Made by a program: the position numbers and the translations under genes
Shown here: one piece after another, positions 21,827 to 33,800 of the stretch
How positions within the stretch are numbered: the stretch's first letter is position 1
Layout of the letters: every line of letters starts with the position of its first letter
The notes under the pieces: model-generated
Database searches by the model: none
Told to the model about the DNA's origin: nothing
Seen by the model: only the letters and a program-made list of their open reading frames with translations
Source: Candidatus Bathyarchaeota archaeon
GTDB lineage: Archaea > Thermoproteota > Bathyarchaeia > Bathyarchaeales > Bathycorpusculaceae
Length of the DNA stretch: 64,000 nt
Reading direction: 5' to 3'
Assembly (NCBI GenBank): GCA_963806535.1
Contig: CAWDYC010000004.1
Span: 523,896 to 587,895, forward strand

Positions 21827-23017
21827 TTAGGAAATTGTTTGGTTCCAATAGTAAACTTTAGCGTAATTATTCAAGGGTCGGTCCGATTATTTCAGGTTCA
21901 TCATAAATAATGTTTAGGTTGCTGTAATACTTGGCGAGCAAGGTGTGAATGTCAAGAGAAATTTTCTGCGTTAAGTTGTCAGGTGGGAACAAACCCCAAA
22001 TAGAATCAGTGGAACTGCGAAAACCATACCCATAATCTTTAGGAATAACATATGCGACAGTAGCCTTGTTTAGAGCAATCGAGCCTGGATTAGAGTGTAT
22101 GACTTGCCAAAATTGCTGCAGCGCATCAAAATGGTCTTCGGTTAATGTGCCGTAGTTTGTGGTGTTATGTTTACCGGTAACTGAAAACCACAGCGTAAGT
22201 TGCTCCAGCACTATACGCTAATGTTAGGTCAGAATATAACTGAGTGCCATTTTCAAGGTACGGTGGGTTAGTCAGATGCCCATGTAACGATTACGCCCCA
22301 ATCTTTGTGAAATGATTCAGCGGCGCCTCTGTCAAAAGAAATTATTTGCTGCCGATCCTGCATTGTATGTCTTGTTTCATTTCCCACGAACTCAGCAAAA
22401 ACGGTAGAGTAATTTGATTTGTAATCAAACCAGTATAGGCCATAATCTGAAGTGAATATTCTGGGGGCTCCGCTGTGGCTGAAGTAATAGTTGATTATAG
22501 CCGAGAGGTTGCCAACATAGCTGTCAGCCACTTCAGTGTAACCTCCGGCGGTGCTGCTGATTAGCCTGGATGGTCCATTGTCTAGTTGGTTTCCGCCAGG
22601 TTCATCAAACCTGTAGATGCCAAAAAACTGGCTACCATACTTGAGGGTTGCGTTGCCAATCCAATCAAAAACATTGTTGTTTGGTGGGTAACCGTTAGAT
22701 TCATTGTACATTGGAAAGCTAGTGATTAAAACGATAAAGTTTAGTTTTGAATTGTAGAGATAGTCACATGACAGGTCGAGGGCTGTTCTGTTAAATGTTA
22801 AGCTTGGAGTGCCTATGACAAAAAAGTTTGTGTAATCCTTAACTTTATCAACCAAAGCCTTGACTTCACTAAATTGGTTACCGTAAGCGTATTCAACGCC
22901 CACATAAAAGGGTCTGGCCACAGTTTGTTTGCTTGGCTTGTTGAAGGTTAAGAAAAGCGAAACAGAAATCAATGCAATAAGCAACACTGCGGCAAGTATG
23001 ACGTATTTGCGGTTCAA
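21827..23017 (-). CDS. Hypothetical N-terminally anchored extracellular protein (frameshifted)
   Basis: Signal/TM N-terminus; FYVGV, DEPGG.QLD, FTSDYGLYWFDY, YGYGFR..DSIWGL; ends YYWNQTIS*. Confidence 0.7.
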
Positions 23018-23163
23018 ATATGGTCAACCAATCGCTAAATAATCAATAAATAATACTAATTTCTTTTTCCATTAATATGATTCTTTTAATGATAACAAGC
23101 AGAGAAAGTAGGCTGGGAAGGCAACTACGTTAACTTTAGGGATAGTAAAATGAAAATTTGGTA

Positions 23164-23430
23164 TTAGTTTTTATTGACTGTAACTTTTATTAAAGGTGGG
23201 ATATTGAAGAATTTTAGAATTTCAGTACCGCGCCTAGTGATGGCGTAAGTCACAATAGAGTTGCTATCTTTTTCTCTAATCAACCTTTGATCGACAAGGA
23301 AGTTCATGCGTTCCGTCAAAGAGGAGGGATTAACTTTCAAGGAGGATGACAGGTCCTGGATATTCGAGGGACCACACTTCATCAACGTTTTAGCAATGTC
23401 AATGTACAGCTTTAGTGTACTAGGCGGCAT
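23164..23430 (-). CDS. Small winged helix-turn-helix protein
   Basis: LYIDI...FLVDQRLI...YAITRRGTEILKFF archaeal wHTH pattern. Confidence 0.72.
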   Translation of the reverse strand: MPPSTLKLYIDIAKTLMKCGPSNIQDLSSSLKVNPSSLTERMNFLVDQRLIREKDSNSIVTYAITRRGTEILKFFNIPPLIKVTVNKN

Positions 23431-23639
23431 AGCGCTGAAACCTTTCTTAATATAAAAGTCTTAAGATTTATTTAAACCCTTGTTTGTGAATTTCGAGCAT
23501 ATTGCTATTTTTTGTAAAAACTGCATAAATCGGTTGTCATCTGTCAATTAAGAAGATTGAATGGTGGCTAATTATGATAGGGATAAGTGTGCGATCCTAA
23601 AGTTGACTATAATAAAATGCTTGTAATGTTTTATTTAAG

Positions 23640-23864
23640 CTAATTACCATTTCTATTGGCTATTGAAATCAGGACTTTTTGTGTTAACAATTCTTCAATT
23701 CGGCAATGCTCAGCTTCTGATTTTTCCTTGTTAGTTTCGTCATTCCCATGTGTGGCTGCGTGTGCTTCGATACATCGCACCATTTCATTTAAATCTGGAA
23801 TTACGAGTAGTCTGAAGCCGCATTCGCAAACAATCAGCGGCAGCTTTTGATCTTTTTCTTTCAT
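23640..23864 (-). CDS. Small hypothetical protein with CxC...HxxxH motif
   Basis: IVCECG..LLVIPDL.EM...IEAHAATH. Confidence 0.6.
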   Translation of the reverse strand: MKEKDQKLPLIVCECGFRLLVIPDLNEMVRCIEAHAATHGNDETNKEKSEAEHCRIEELLTQKVLISIANRNGN

Positions 23865-24213
23865 TTATTTGGAATACCTTACACCGCAAATAGAATATAG
23901 AAAATTTATAAATCTATCTAACTCACTTAAACATTTCACGTGAGAAAAGTTTTGTTTACATACCTTCTGAACGCTTCCTTTATTCATGAGGTATCCTTGC
24001 GCGATCGTATAAAAGAAGTGTATTGGAACAAAATCACCTGTCTAATACCTCTATGCATACACTCTTATTATTTTTGGATTTAGTTACTATCGGAAACTGA
24101 AATTCAACACAAGATTTTAGGGGTTCTTTAATCCTTAGTAGTCGTCTAAATGCGAACAATCATTTCGGAGAAACAAACTTTGCGAGTCAAAAATAGAGTA
24201 TAAAAATGTTATA

Positions 24214-24780
24214 CTATATTTTCTCTAAAACGCCTTCCCAAATATTCTTTTCTATTATATCTAGCTGCTTAGATAATCCTGCCTTTAGTATGTCTGAAAA
24301 GTTGGGAACCGGGCCTGCATATTTAATGATCTGGTTGCCTTTAATCGCGTCGACTTGGAGAATTTTTTCGTCTTCTTTATAGGTAAAAGAAATCGTTGAG
24401 GCTTGGAAGGCTAACATTTGGAAATCTTCCCAATGTTTACATTGTAAAATGACAGAAGGTAAATTGTAAACCAATGGTGCAGGTGTAGTTTGTATCGCTT
24501 CTACCATTTGTTCTTTGTTTGAGTCGCGGACTGAGGGGTCTCTGGGTTTGCCACTTGATACAGTGTTGATCAAGTTTGAAACTTCTTTTTGTAAATTGTT
24601 TATTTTTTCCTCAATTTGCTCAACTTTATGTGCTAATTCGCCAGTTTTGCCAAATTGTTCAGCGACTATAGACAACTCATTGATTGTTTTATCTAGGTCT
24701 TTCTCGTGTTCTTTGAGCACATTCATTATGAAATCTAAGGCCTCTAATGAATCATTTTTTGGCTGATAATTATTTGACAA
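24214..24780 (-). CDS. Hypothetical protein with N-terminal coiled coil
   Basis: 188-aa ORF; EALDFIMNVLKEHEKDLD followed by heptad repeats. Confidence 0.7.
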   Translation of the reverse strand: MSNNYQPKNDSLEALDFIMNVLKEHEKDLDKTINELSIVAEQFGKTGELAHKVEQIEEKINNLQKEVSNLINTVSSGKPRDPSVRDSNKEQMVEAIQTTPAPLVYNLPSVILQCKHWEDFQMLAFQASTISFTYKEDEKILQVDAIKGNQIIKYAGPVPNFSDILKAGLSKQLDIIEKNIWEGVLEKI

Positions 24781-24951
24781 TTCTTCTTCCTACTATGTAT
24801 AGAGTATTAGCCTTCACTATTTGTTTATAGGGTTTGTTCTTAACTTTTATGTTAATTTGTTGGGTGTTCCCTAATAAAAAAAGACATTAATAGTGAAAGT
24901 TCTTAACGTTTAAAAATAATTCAACTCAGCAGCAAACTTTGGTAGACAGGC

Positions 24952-25392
24952 TTACCGGCTATATAAACCTACTAATTCACCTTTAGCCAGAATATGGCTT
25001 TGCATGGCTTTCTCAACATCTTTCTTTTTAGAGTTGATGCCTAAATTGAGTTCTGCATCCAAAGCATAAACTTTGAAGAAATATCTGTGAGTGCCTCCAG
25101 GCGGGCAAGGACCCATATAACCCAATTGTCTTGCACCGTTCAATCCTTCTTTACCAGGAACCGTGTTCTCACCTATCATACTGGTTGAAGCCGGTATATT
25201 CCACACAATCCAATGGTCAAAAGTGCCGTTTGGAGCATCAGGGTCATCGACAATTAAAACAAGAGTCTTAGCCTCTTTACTGATGCCTTCAATGGCTAAG
25301 GGTGGGTTGACGTCATTACCGTCGCAACTGTATTTTTTTGGTATCGGTTTGTTTGATTCAAACGCCGTGCTTTTTACAATTAATTCATGCAT
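24952..25392 (-). CDS. YbhB/YbcL (PEBP/RKIP) family protein
   Basis: IP.KYSCDG.DVNPPL, DDPDAP.GTFDHWIVWNIP, Y.GPCPP.GTHRYFFKVYALD. Confidence 0.92.
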   Translation of the reverse strand: MHELIVKSTAFESNKPIPKKYSCDGNDVNPPLAIEGISKEAKTLVLIVDDPDAPNGTFDHWIVWNIPASTSMIGENTVPGKEGLNGARQLGYMGPCPPGGTHRYFFKVYALDAELNLGINSKKKDVEKAMQSHILAKGELVGLYSR

Positions 25393-25446
25393 AAAACATC
25401 ACTGAAAAAACAATGTTTGACGAGTTAAATAAGAGTTCCCGAGCAA

Positions 25447-27127
25447 TTAATTCTCGGCTTTTCGCAAAAATTCATTCGCACTACCTACGTTGATTCTATA
25501 GAAGATGGCTGTGATTACTATCGAAATTGCAGCACTTATTGCAACCCCGAGAATGTAGTTTAGAGTACTGACGGAAGTTCCAAAGTATAACGCTAAAGCG
25601 AATTGCACAAATACGGGTGCAAAAACAGCTGCTCCAGTGATAACTCCCACGACAGAACCTAATAATGACCATTCCTGACGAATCATCCTTGCTCTTCGTG
25701 TTCCTGAAAAGTCGGGGCCTCTAAAACCGATTTGAAGCGAAACTGACGCGACAGCGATAGTCATTAGGAACGCCTCAATCATGGCTATGATTGTTTTTCG
25801 TAGGGTCGGATGAAAAACTATTACGCCTATGAATCCGGTTGCTAATAAAATAATGACTGAGAAAATGATGATTAAGAAAAATTTGCTTTTAACCAAGTTT
25901 TTGGCTGAAATTGGTGAAGCATAAATTCGCCAGACTGCTTGTCCTTCTTCACCTATCAAAACTTGTCCTAACAGCATTGCCATTCCGTTTGCAGGCACCA
26001 GAAAAATGACTCCAAACCAAAGTAAAATACTTGAGATCGGTGAATTACCATTAGTTACTCCAAACGAATAGAAAATTGAAAGTATAACTATGATAATTGG
26101 CATAAAGTAGACGCCTAATAACTCTCGACGCCTAGTAAATGCCCTTAAATCCTTTCGAATTATGGCTGCTTCAACACTGGAAAAGCCGAGTTTACCTAGA
26201 ATCCCAGTTTTCGGTGCGTAAACGCCGCTTTTCTGCAATCGTTATTGCTGGCGGCTCATAGAGTCCAAACCGCTTGTTTAATTCTACAGCAAGGTAGTAC
26301 AAGCCTGCAATGAGAAAGAGCAGATAAGGCTACGAACAGGAGGCTTTGTAAAAACAAGCCTTTGGCAATATATGAAATTATTAGGGCTAACCAAACAAAA
26401 GGCACGTACCAAGCTGCATTCTGGGCAGCAGTTAAGCTTGCAATGAAAGCGCTGGTTCCAGAAATTGCGTAAAAATAGATTATGTAGAATATTATGATGA
26501 CCAGTAATGAGCCTATGAGTCGTACCCATATGGCTGCTCTTCCGCTTGATTTGTAGACGGCGCCTGTAAAACGTACTTGTAAAACTCTTACGATTTCTGT
26601 TATTGAACTAGCCAAGAAAGCTGCTGCAAACATAATGACTATAGTTAATAGTGCTTGGAGAATTAACCCGTTAAACACTGAAAAGACAATCAGTCCAGAG
26701 CTTAATCCTACAACTACTGCAGCTGGCCAACCCAAGCAGGTTAGCTAAGATCGACGCTAAAGTGTGCTCCTGCCATGTTACTGGTAGCCAATACATCACT
26801 TGACTTGATGCCTTTCCAGCCAACTGAATTTGCTGAAACAACGTGAATACTATGCTGATACCTAAAACAAGAGTTGGCAGTACAGAGAAGAAACTAAAAG
26901 CTACAACACTTAAAGGCTGTAATCCAAGTGGTGTTCCGCTTGAATAAACAAGAGATGCAATATAATTTGCGAATAAGACCGCCCAGCACACCAATTATTG
27001 CTGCTACCCAGTAAGGCCAATATGCTAAGAAACTGTTTTCCTTGTACCTTGTGACTTTTATTCCTCTAATTAGCCTGCCAGACTTGCGTTCAACCTGAAG
27101 CAAGTAGAGGACGTTTTTCCAATTCAT
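25447..27127 (-). CDS. Large ABC-2-type exporter permease (frameshifted)
   Basis: Four consecutive multi-TM ORFs; overlaps the stop of the ABC ATPase gene. Confidence 0.75.
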
Positions 27128-27899
27128 TTTATGAGTTCCTCAACAACTGCTCTCAAATCTTCAGTACCAGTCAACTTGAGGAAAACATCTTCTAACCCTG
27201 AACCTGGCAGGCTGGCTGTTTTTCTTAATTCATCCATGTTGCCGAGCGCCAACAGGTTGCCTTGATACATAATGCCTATGCGGTCGCAGATGGCCTCTGC
27301 TATTTCAAGCACATGAGTGGACATTATTGTTGTGACACCTTGATTTTTCAGTTCATGCAGAAAATCCTTAACTATCCTTGCGGAACGGGGGTCTAATGCG
27401 TTAAGGGGCTCATCAAGGATCAAAAACTTGGGTTTATGAATAAAAGCTGAGATTAAGACTGATTTTCTTTTTCATGCCGTCTGAGTAACTGTTTATCATG
27501 TCGCCTTCTCGTCCTTCAAGCTGCAGAGCTTTTAGGTACTCGGTTATCCGCTGCTGCTTCTCAGCCGTTGGCACACCGTAAATGTCAGCTATAAAATCTA
27601 GGTATTCGATTCCGGTTAAAAACTCGTAAATGTTGGGTGATTCCGGAACATAACCGACTAGCTGTTTAACTTCCACTGGCTGTTTTTTGGACGTCTAATC
27701 CTAAAACCGTTACTGATCCAGCGGTGGGCTGAACTAAACCCATTAGCATTTTGAGGGTGGTTGATTTTCCTGAGCCGTTTGGTCCTAAAAGACCGAAGAT
27801 TTCGCCTGTTTCTATCGTTAAATTCAAGTTGTTTACAGCTACTATTTCGTTGTAGCGTTTTGTTACATCTTTTAGTTCAACAGCATGGGAATTGTACAT
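27124..27899 (-). CDS. ABC transporter ATP-binding protein (frameshifted)
   Basis: [25 protein letters not shown]. Confidence 0.9.
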
Positions 27900-28034
27900 G
27901 TTTAATCAGCGCCTCTCTTGCAGAATAGAAAAGCTTCGGTATTTAAGGCTAATGCGTATTTTGCCGTTTAAGAAGTGTTCTTTACTTAAAATGATGTTAG
28001 AAATAAAAAGAAAAAAGTTTGGTTTTCAAAATTT

Positions 28035-28472
28035 CTACTTAAAATTTAATTCAAAACTTATTGGAACAGCTTCGCCCCAAGACTGCCTAATCGGACAAAT
28101 CTTCTGCGCCATGCCATAAACAGTATTAGCTTTTTTGCGTTCCCGTTCGTTATCGGTTTCCAAGCCGACGTTCATCATGAAATGCACGTTTGTGAAGATT
28201 AGTTTCTCCATGCCTTCAATATTCATTGTTACATTTGCTTTTGTTTCAAGTTTTTTGAGTCCGAGTTGGCTGTTTTTAGCGATTAGCAGAAACAGTGTGT
28301 TTATGCATGAGGCTAAGGCAGCGGCAAAAATGTCTTCAGGTACACAGTAGCCTTCTTTTCCTCCAAACATCGGGGGTGGACTAACTGTTACGAGTTCTTT
28401 GCCTTTAACTGAGAGTGAACATTCTGTTCCGCCTTTCCAAGTTGCTATTCCTTCAAAATTCATTTCTGGCAT
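28035..28472 (-). CDS. OsmC family protein
   Basis: PP.FGG....PED.FAAALASC...AQKICPI; likely start MPEMNF at 28472. Confidence 0.82.
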   Translation of the reverse strand: MPEMNFEGIATWKGGTECSLSVKGKELVTVSPPPMFGGKEGYCVPEDIFAAALASCINTLFLLIAKNSQLGLKKLETKANVTMNIEGMEKLIFTNVHFMMNVGLETDNERERKKANTVYGMAQKICPIRQSWGEAVPISFELNFK

Positions 28473-28590
28473 AAAATCACCATTTATCATTAGTAAAATA
28501 GAAATTTTAATGTTACGGAACAATTGACGAAACATAAATAAATCCTTAAATCCCCTTGCCTTCCAATAGCTGAAAGAGAAATCCTGAAAA

Positions 28591-29582
28591 ATGACCCATG
28601 TCATTGAAACTCATCAACTAACAAAGACATATGGTTCCCTTAAAGCAGTTGACAAATTAGATATCACTGTGGAATCGGGCGAAATTTTTGGGTTACTTGG
28701 ACCTAACGGCGCAGGCAAAACCACAGCCATATCGATGCTTTGCACAATTCTTAAGCCAACTTCTGGATCTGCCACAGTCAACGGCTTTGACATTGTAAAA
28801 GAAGCCAACAAAGTGCGCAAGTCAATCGGGATTGTTTTTCAAGAACCCAGCATCGACGACAGGTTAACTGGCAGAGAAAACCTCTACATGCACGCTAACC
28901 TCTATGGGGTTCCAGCGTCCGAGCAGAAAGAACGCATAAAAGACATTCTTGGAACTTGTCGAGTTAGATGATAGAGCAGACGATTTAATGCGCACATACT
29001 CAGGCGGCATGAGACGTCGACTTGGAGCTTGGACGTGGCTTAATTCATTACCCCAAAGTGCTGTTTTTGGATGAGCCAACTGTCGGGCTTGACCCGCAGA
29101 CAAGAGATCACATTTGGAAGTACATTCGCGAATTAAAAAAAGCCCATGACATCACAGTGGTTTTAACCACTCATTACATGGATGAGGCAGACAGGCTTTC
29201 AGACCGCATAGCCATCATGGATCACGGCAAAATCGTAATTTTAGATTCCCCTCCCAAACTTAAAGAGACACTTGAAGGCGACGTTGTAGTGGTTAGAGCA
29301 AACAACGTGGATGCCCTCTCAGAGCTTGTAACAAAATGGTTAGGGTTCGACAAAAAACAAATCGTTGACGGCGCACTTGAAATCACCGTTCGCAACGGAA
29401 AAGCAGTCATGCCCAGAATTATGGAGTTAGCAACCCAAAACAACATTTACGTTGAATCTTTTGTTTTGCGTGAGCCTAACCTTGAAGATGTTTTCTTGCA
29501 TTACACTGGGCGATCAATCCGTGAAGATTCAAGCAAGGAACTGCATGGAGTAGCAGCCGCTCGCAGGAGGGAAATAAGATGA
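28591..29582 (+). CDS. DrrA-like ABC ATP-binding protein (indel)
   Basis: GPNGAGKTT, YSGGMRRRLE, LDEPTVGLDPQTR, TTHYMDEAD. Confidence 0.9.
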
Positions 29583-30350
29583 GCTGAAATCAGAGGATTC
29601 TACACTCTTTGGCTAAGAGAAATCAAACGGTTCCTGCGAGACAGAACACGGCTTGTAACCAGCTTCATTCAACCCTTGCTGTGGCTTGTCATTTTCGCCG
29701 CTGCCTTCGCCACACGTTTCACGTTGCCTTCAAACCTAAACTATCAACAGGTTTTTCTGCCAGGCATAATCGGTCAAACACTGCTTTTCACAGCCATGTT
29801 CATGGGCATAAACGTCATTTGGGACAAAGAATTCGGCTTCATGAAAGAAATCTTGGTTTCGCCAGTTTCCCGATTAACAATTTTTCTCGGCAAAATGGTT
29901 GGCGACAGCACCGACGCTCTTCTGCAGGGCATAATAGTTTTCGCAATCGGCTTAGCTCTCGGTATCCCAATTAACCCAATAACTTTCCTATATGCGCTGC
30001 CAATAATGCTGCTTATCACATTCGGCTTGGTAAGCATCGGATTGATAATTGCAAGCTTCATGGGCAACCTTGAAGGCTTCGGCGCCATCCAGACGTTCGT
30101 TAACCTGCCACTTTTCTTTCTAAGCGGCGCATTGTTTCTACTCAAAGGAAGCAGCCTTCCAACATGGTTAACCGACATCGCCGCATGGAACCCCTTAACC
30201 TACGGCGTTGACGCATTACGACATGTCACATTGGGGGCTGCATGGGTGCCTCTTCAGATTCAATCTTTATGGGTTGATCTTGGAGTTGTTGCTTTGTTTG
30301 ACGGAATCATGATTGTGGTTGGCACTTGGGCTTTCACCCGAATGAAATAA
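29579..30350 (+). CDS. DrrB-like ABC-2 permease (indel)
   Basis: WDKEFGFMKEILVSPVSR, PLFFLSGALF, NPLTYGVDALR. Confidence 0.88.
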
Positions 30351-30439
30351 AAAAATTAACTTTGAAAGAGTTAACTTGTCAGAACGCGCTATGCTTCTTG
30401 TTAATGGTAGTAAAGTCAATCCGTTCTTTTTCGAGATTA

Positions 30440-31581
<1,142 letters not shown>

Positions 31582-31637
31582 TCATTTATTTCAAGTTATC
31601 TATATTTGGCTTCCCCCATAAATTTGATGATGAAAAC

Positions 31638-31770
31638 TTATTGACATTTTTTATGCGGATTGTTGTTTGTGTTTTGGGTTGCTTTTTTGTTTTAGAGCTT
31701 AAATCTTTTGTAGGTTGAGTGAAAAAAGTGAAATTAAGTGAAGAAAAGTGACAAAAAGTGGTGGAAAGTT
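31638..31770 (-). repeat. Dispersed intergenic element copy D (CACTT-type 10-bp units)
   Basis: Reverse complement: CACTTTTTGT CACTTTTCTT CACTTAATTT CACTTTTTT, then CACTCAACCTACAAAA...AAAGCAACCCAAAACACAAACAACAA..GCATAAAAAATGTCAATAA. Confidence 0.88.
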
Positions 31771-31821
31771 GCCGACAAGGTGCCTACTATGCTGATATTT
31801 AAACGAGCTATAGTTTCGATA

Positions 31822-31908
31822 TTATCCCGAAAATTCGTTATAAACGGAAGAGTATTGTCTTATCAGAAATAGAGTGATTCGCAAGAGGTTTACGTACGGG
31901 TGCCAGAA
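31822..31908 (-). pseudogene. Orphan paralogous fragment of the kdpC 3' end
   Basis: PYVNLLRITLFLIRQYSSVYNEFSG* versus local KdpC end PYINVLRVNLLLIKDYPSIYGNFTS* (12/25 identical, ungapped, same stop position). Confidence 0.75.
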
Positions 31909-32145
31909 ATTCAAGTCTTAGTTCGGAAAGTATCCGAAGAAGCATTTCCAAAAGCCTTTGATAACTCAAAATTTCGTGCTAATCAAGTTAAGACGGCAAA
32001 ATTAGACTAACTGAGAAATGTGACCCTTGGAGATTCAATTTTGCTTGGGAATTTTCCAAATAGCATTCGGCTAAATCATTACAACTACTTCAAGAAATTA
32101 ATTAATAGACTAAAACTCATTTACCTCGTAATGTAGCGGAAAACC

Positions 32146-32409
32146 TTACTCTTCGCATTTTGGGCCTTTGTGAGCTTTTAGCACAATAGAACTTACAGTG
32201 CTTCTTACACCATGTATTTTCATTATCTTATTTTTGAGGACTTCTCTAAACTCTTCTATGTCACTAGCTGAAACAAGGGAAATAATATCGAATTCTCCAG
32301 TCACCTCATAAAGCTCCTCAACATCTTCTATCGTAAAGAGTGCCTGTATAACCTCGTCCATAAGTTGCGACTCGACGAAAATATCAACAAATGCATGCAT
32401 TTTATGCAA
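32146..32409 (-). CDS. Stand-alone Lrp/AsnC ligand-binding (RAM) domain protein
   Basis: AFVDIFVE, VEELYEVTGEFDII, I.GVRST.S.IVL; no HTH. Confidence 0.88.
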   Translation of the reverse strand: MHKMHAFVDIFVESQLMDEVIQALFTIEDVEELYEVTGEFDIISLVSASDIEEFREVLKNKIMKIHGVRSTVSSIVLKAHKGPKCEE

Positions 32410-32437
32410 TTAGATCACCTGAATTTTTGCTTTTCGA

Positions 32438-32737
32438 TTACTCCGATTGAATATTGCTGATCTGAGCATTGATACATTTGTGAGCTCTGAGTACGACGGA
32501 GACTAATGTGCTTTTAACGCCTTTTATCTTCATAATTTTCTTATGCAAGACATTGCGGAACTCTTCCACGCTCGAAGCTGAAACAATCGAGACAATGTCA
32601 AATTCGCCTTTCACGTCATAAATTTCTTCGATGTTTTCGACTTTTTCGAGAGCATCTATAACTTGCGCCTTCTGAGACGGATCGACAAAAATGTTGACTG
32701 AGGCTTCGAAACGACCGTGACTATCGTTGTTCTCCAT
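32438..32737 (-). CDS. Stand-alone Lrp/AsnC ligand-binding (RAM) domain protein
   Basis: IEEIYDVKGEFDIV, KIKGVKST; no HTH. Confidence 0.88.
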   Translation of the reverse strand: MENNDSHGRFEASVNIFVDPSQKAQVIDALEKVENIEEIYDVKGEFDIVSIVSASSVEEFRNVLHKKIMKIKGVKSTLVSVVLRAHKCINAQISNIQSE

Positions 32738-32883
32738 CTTACATCATTAGAAACATGTAAACGGGCGAGGTGGCTTTTGAGCATTTTTGAGAACCAAAAT
32801 GCACTGATTTGCAAAGTGGAGCGGGCTAACGGACCCGCCAATATTTTATCGCCCACTTCAACAGAAATTCAGAGCGGAAAACC

Positions 32884-33174
32884 TTACTCTTCGCATTTTG
32901 GACCTTTGTGAGCTTTAAGCACGATAGAGCTTACGGTGCTTTTAACGCCTTTTATTTTCATGATCTTGTTCTTGAGGATATCTCGAAATTCTTCTATGTC
33001 AGCGGCTGACACTAAAGTTACGATGTCAAATTCGCCGGTAACTTCGTAAAGTTCTTCGAGGTGTTCTAATTGGGTAAGCGCGGTTAAGACGTTGTCCATT
33101 TCTTGAGATTCTACAAATATATCTACGAATGCTAGTAGTTTTGGCATATTGGTCGTCTTTTTCTCATTGAACAT
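32884..33174 (-). CDS. Stand-alone Lrp/AsnC ligand-binding (RAM) domain protein
   Basis: LEELYEVTGEFDIV, KIKGVKSTVSSIVLKAHKGPKCEE (same C-terminus as the 32146 copy). Confidence 0.88.
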   Translation of the reverse strand: MFNEKKTTNMPKLLAFVDIFVESQEMDNVLTALTQLEHLEELYEVTGEFDIVTLVSAADIEEFRDILKNKIMKIKGVKSTVSSIVLKAHKGPKCEE

Positions 33175-33322
33175 GAATTGCGCATATTTATACTTTTCCT
33201 ACATATACGCAGAGTATTTTAATAACTAACTCTACAAACGTACAGAAATAAAACTAATTACTGGAAAAACAGTAAAATAGCTAGAGCTATTGCCGCAATA
33301 CACATCTAACCGAACTATAGCT

Positions 33323-33789
33323 TTAGCTAGTAAAATTACCGTAGATGGAAGGATAATCTTTAATGAGCAGCAAATTGACTCTCAAGACGTTAATGTATGG
33401 GCTGCCAAAAACCCAAAAGGTCCCCTCTTGATTCTGATTAACAATAGTCCGTTAACGAGTCAACGGATATGCCGGTTGCGTTACTTATTCCTGGAATCTG
33501 CGAATAAGCATCTTGCAGAGTAATGTCTGGGTCAACGCCTGATGCAGAAGGCGACTGCGGTCTCGTTTCTTGTATGGAAGAAAATGGGCAAAGTAAAGCT
33601 TTGAGCTATAAGGTTTGATCCGACTGTTTGCCCGTTAAGTTGGACAAGGTCGCCGTTTGCTTGGTTAGGAAAGAAAACTTGGCCAATACCTGTGATTAGG
33701 AACGGGTAAAATAACCCGCAGATTAACAGCGAAACCAGTGCTAATCCTATAATCGGTTTGAAGTTCCATTTTTCTTTTTGTTCAGTCAT
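33323..33789 (-). CDS. kdpC: K+-transporting ATPase subunit C (frameshifted)
   Basis: LICGLFYP..ITGIGQ..FP.QANG, GSNLIAQSF, SASGVDP, FGSPYINVLRVNL. Confidence 0.88.
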
Positions 33790-33800
33790 ACATTTTCCTC

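Noticed and set aside
33290-33523. Plus-strand 77-aa ORF
   Set aside because: Antisense shadow of the kdpC 3' half
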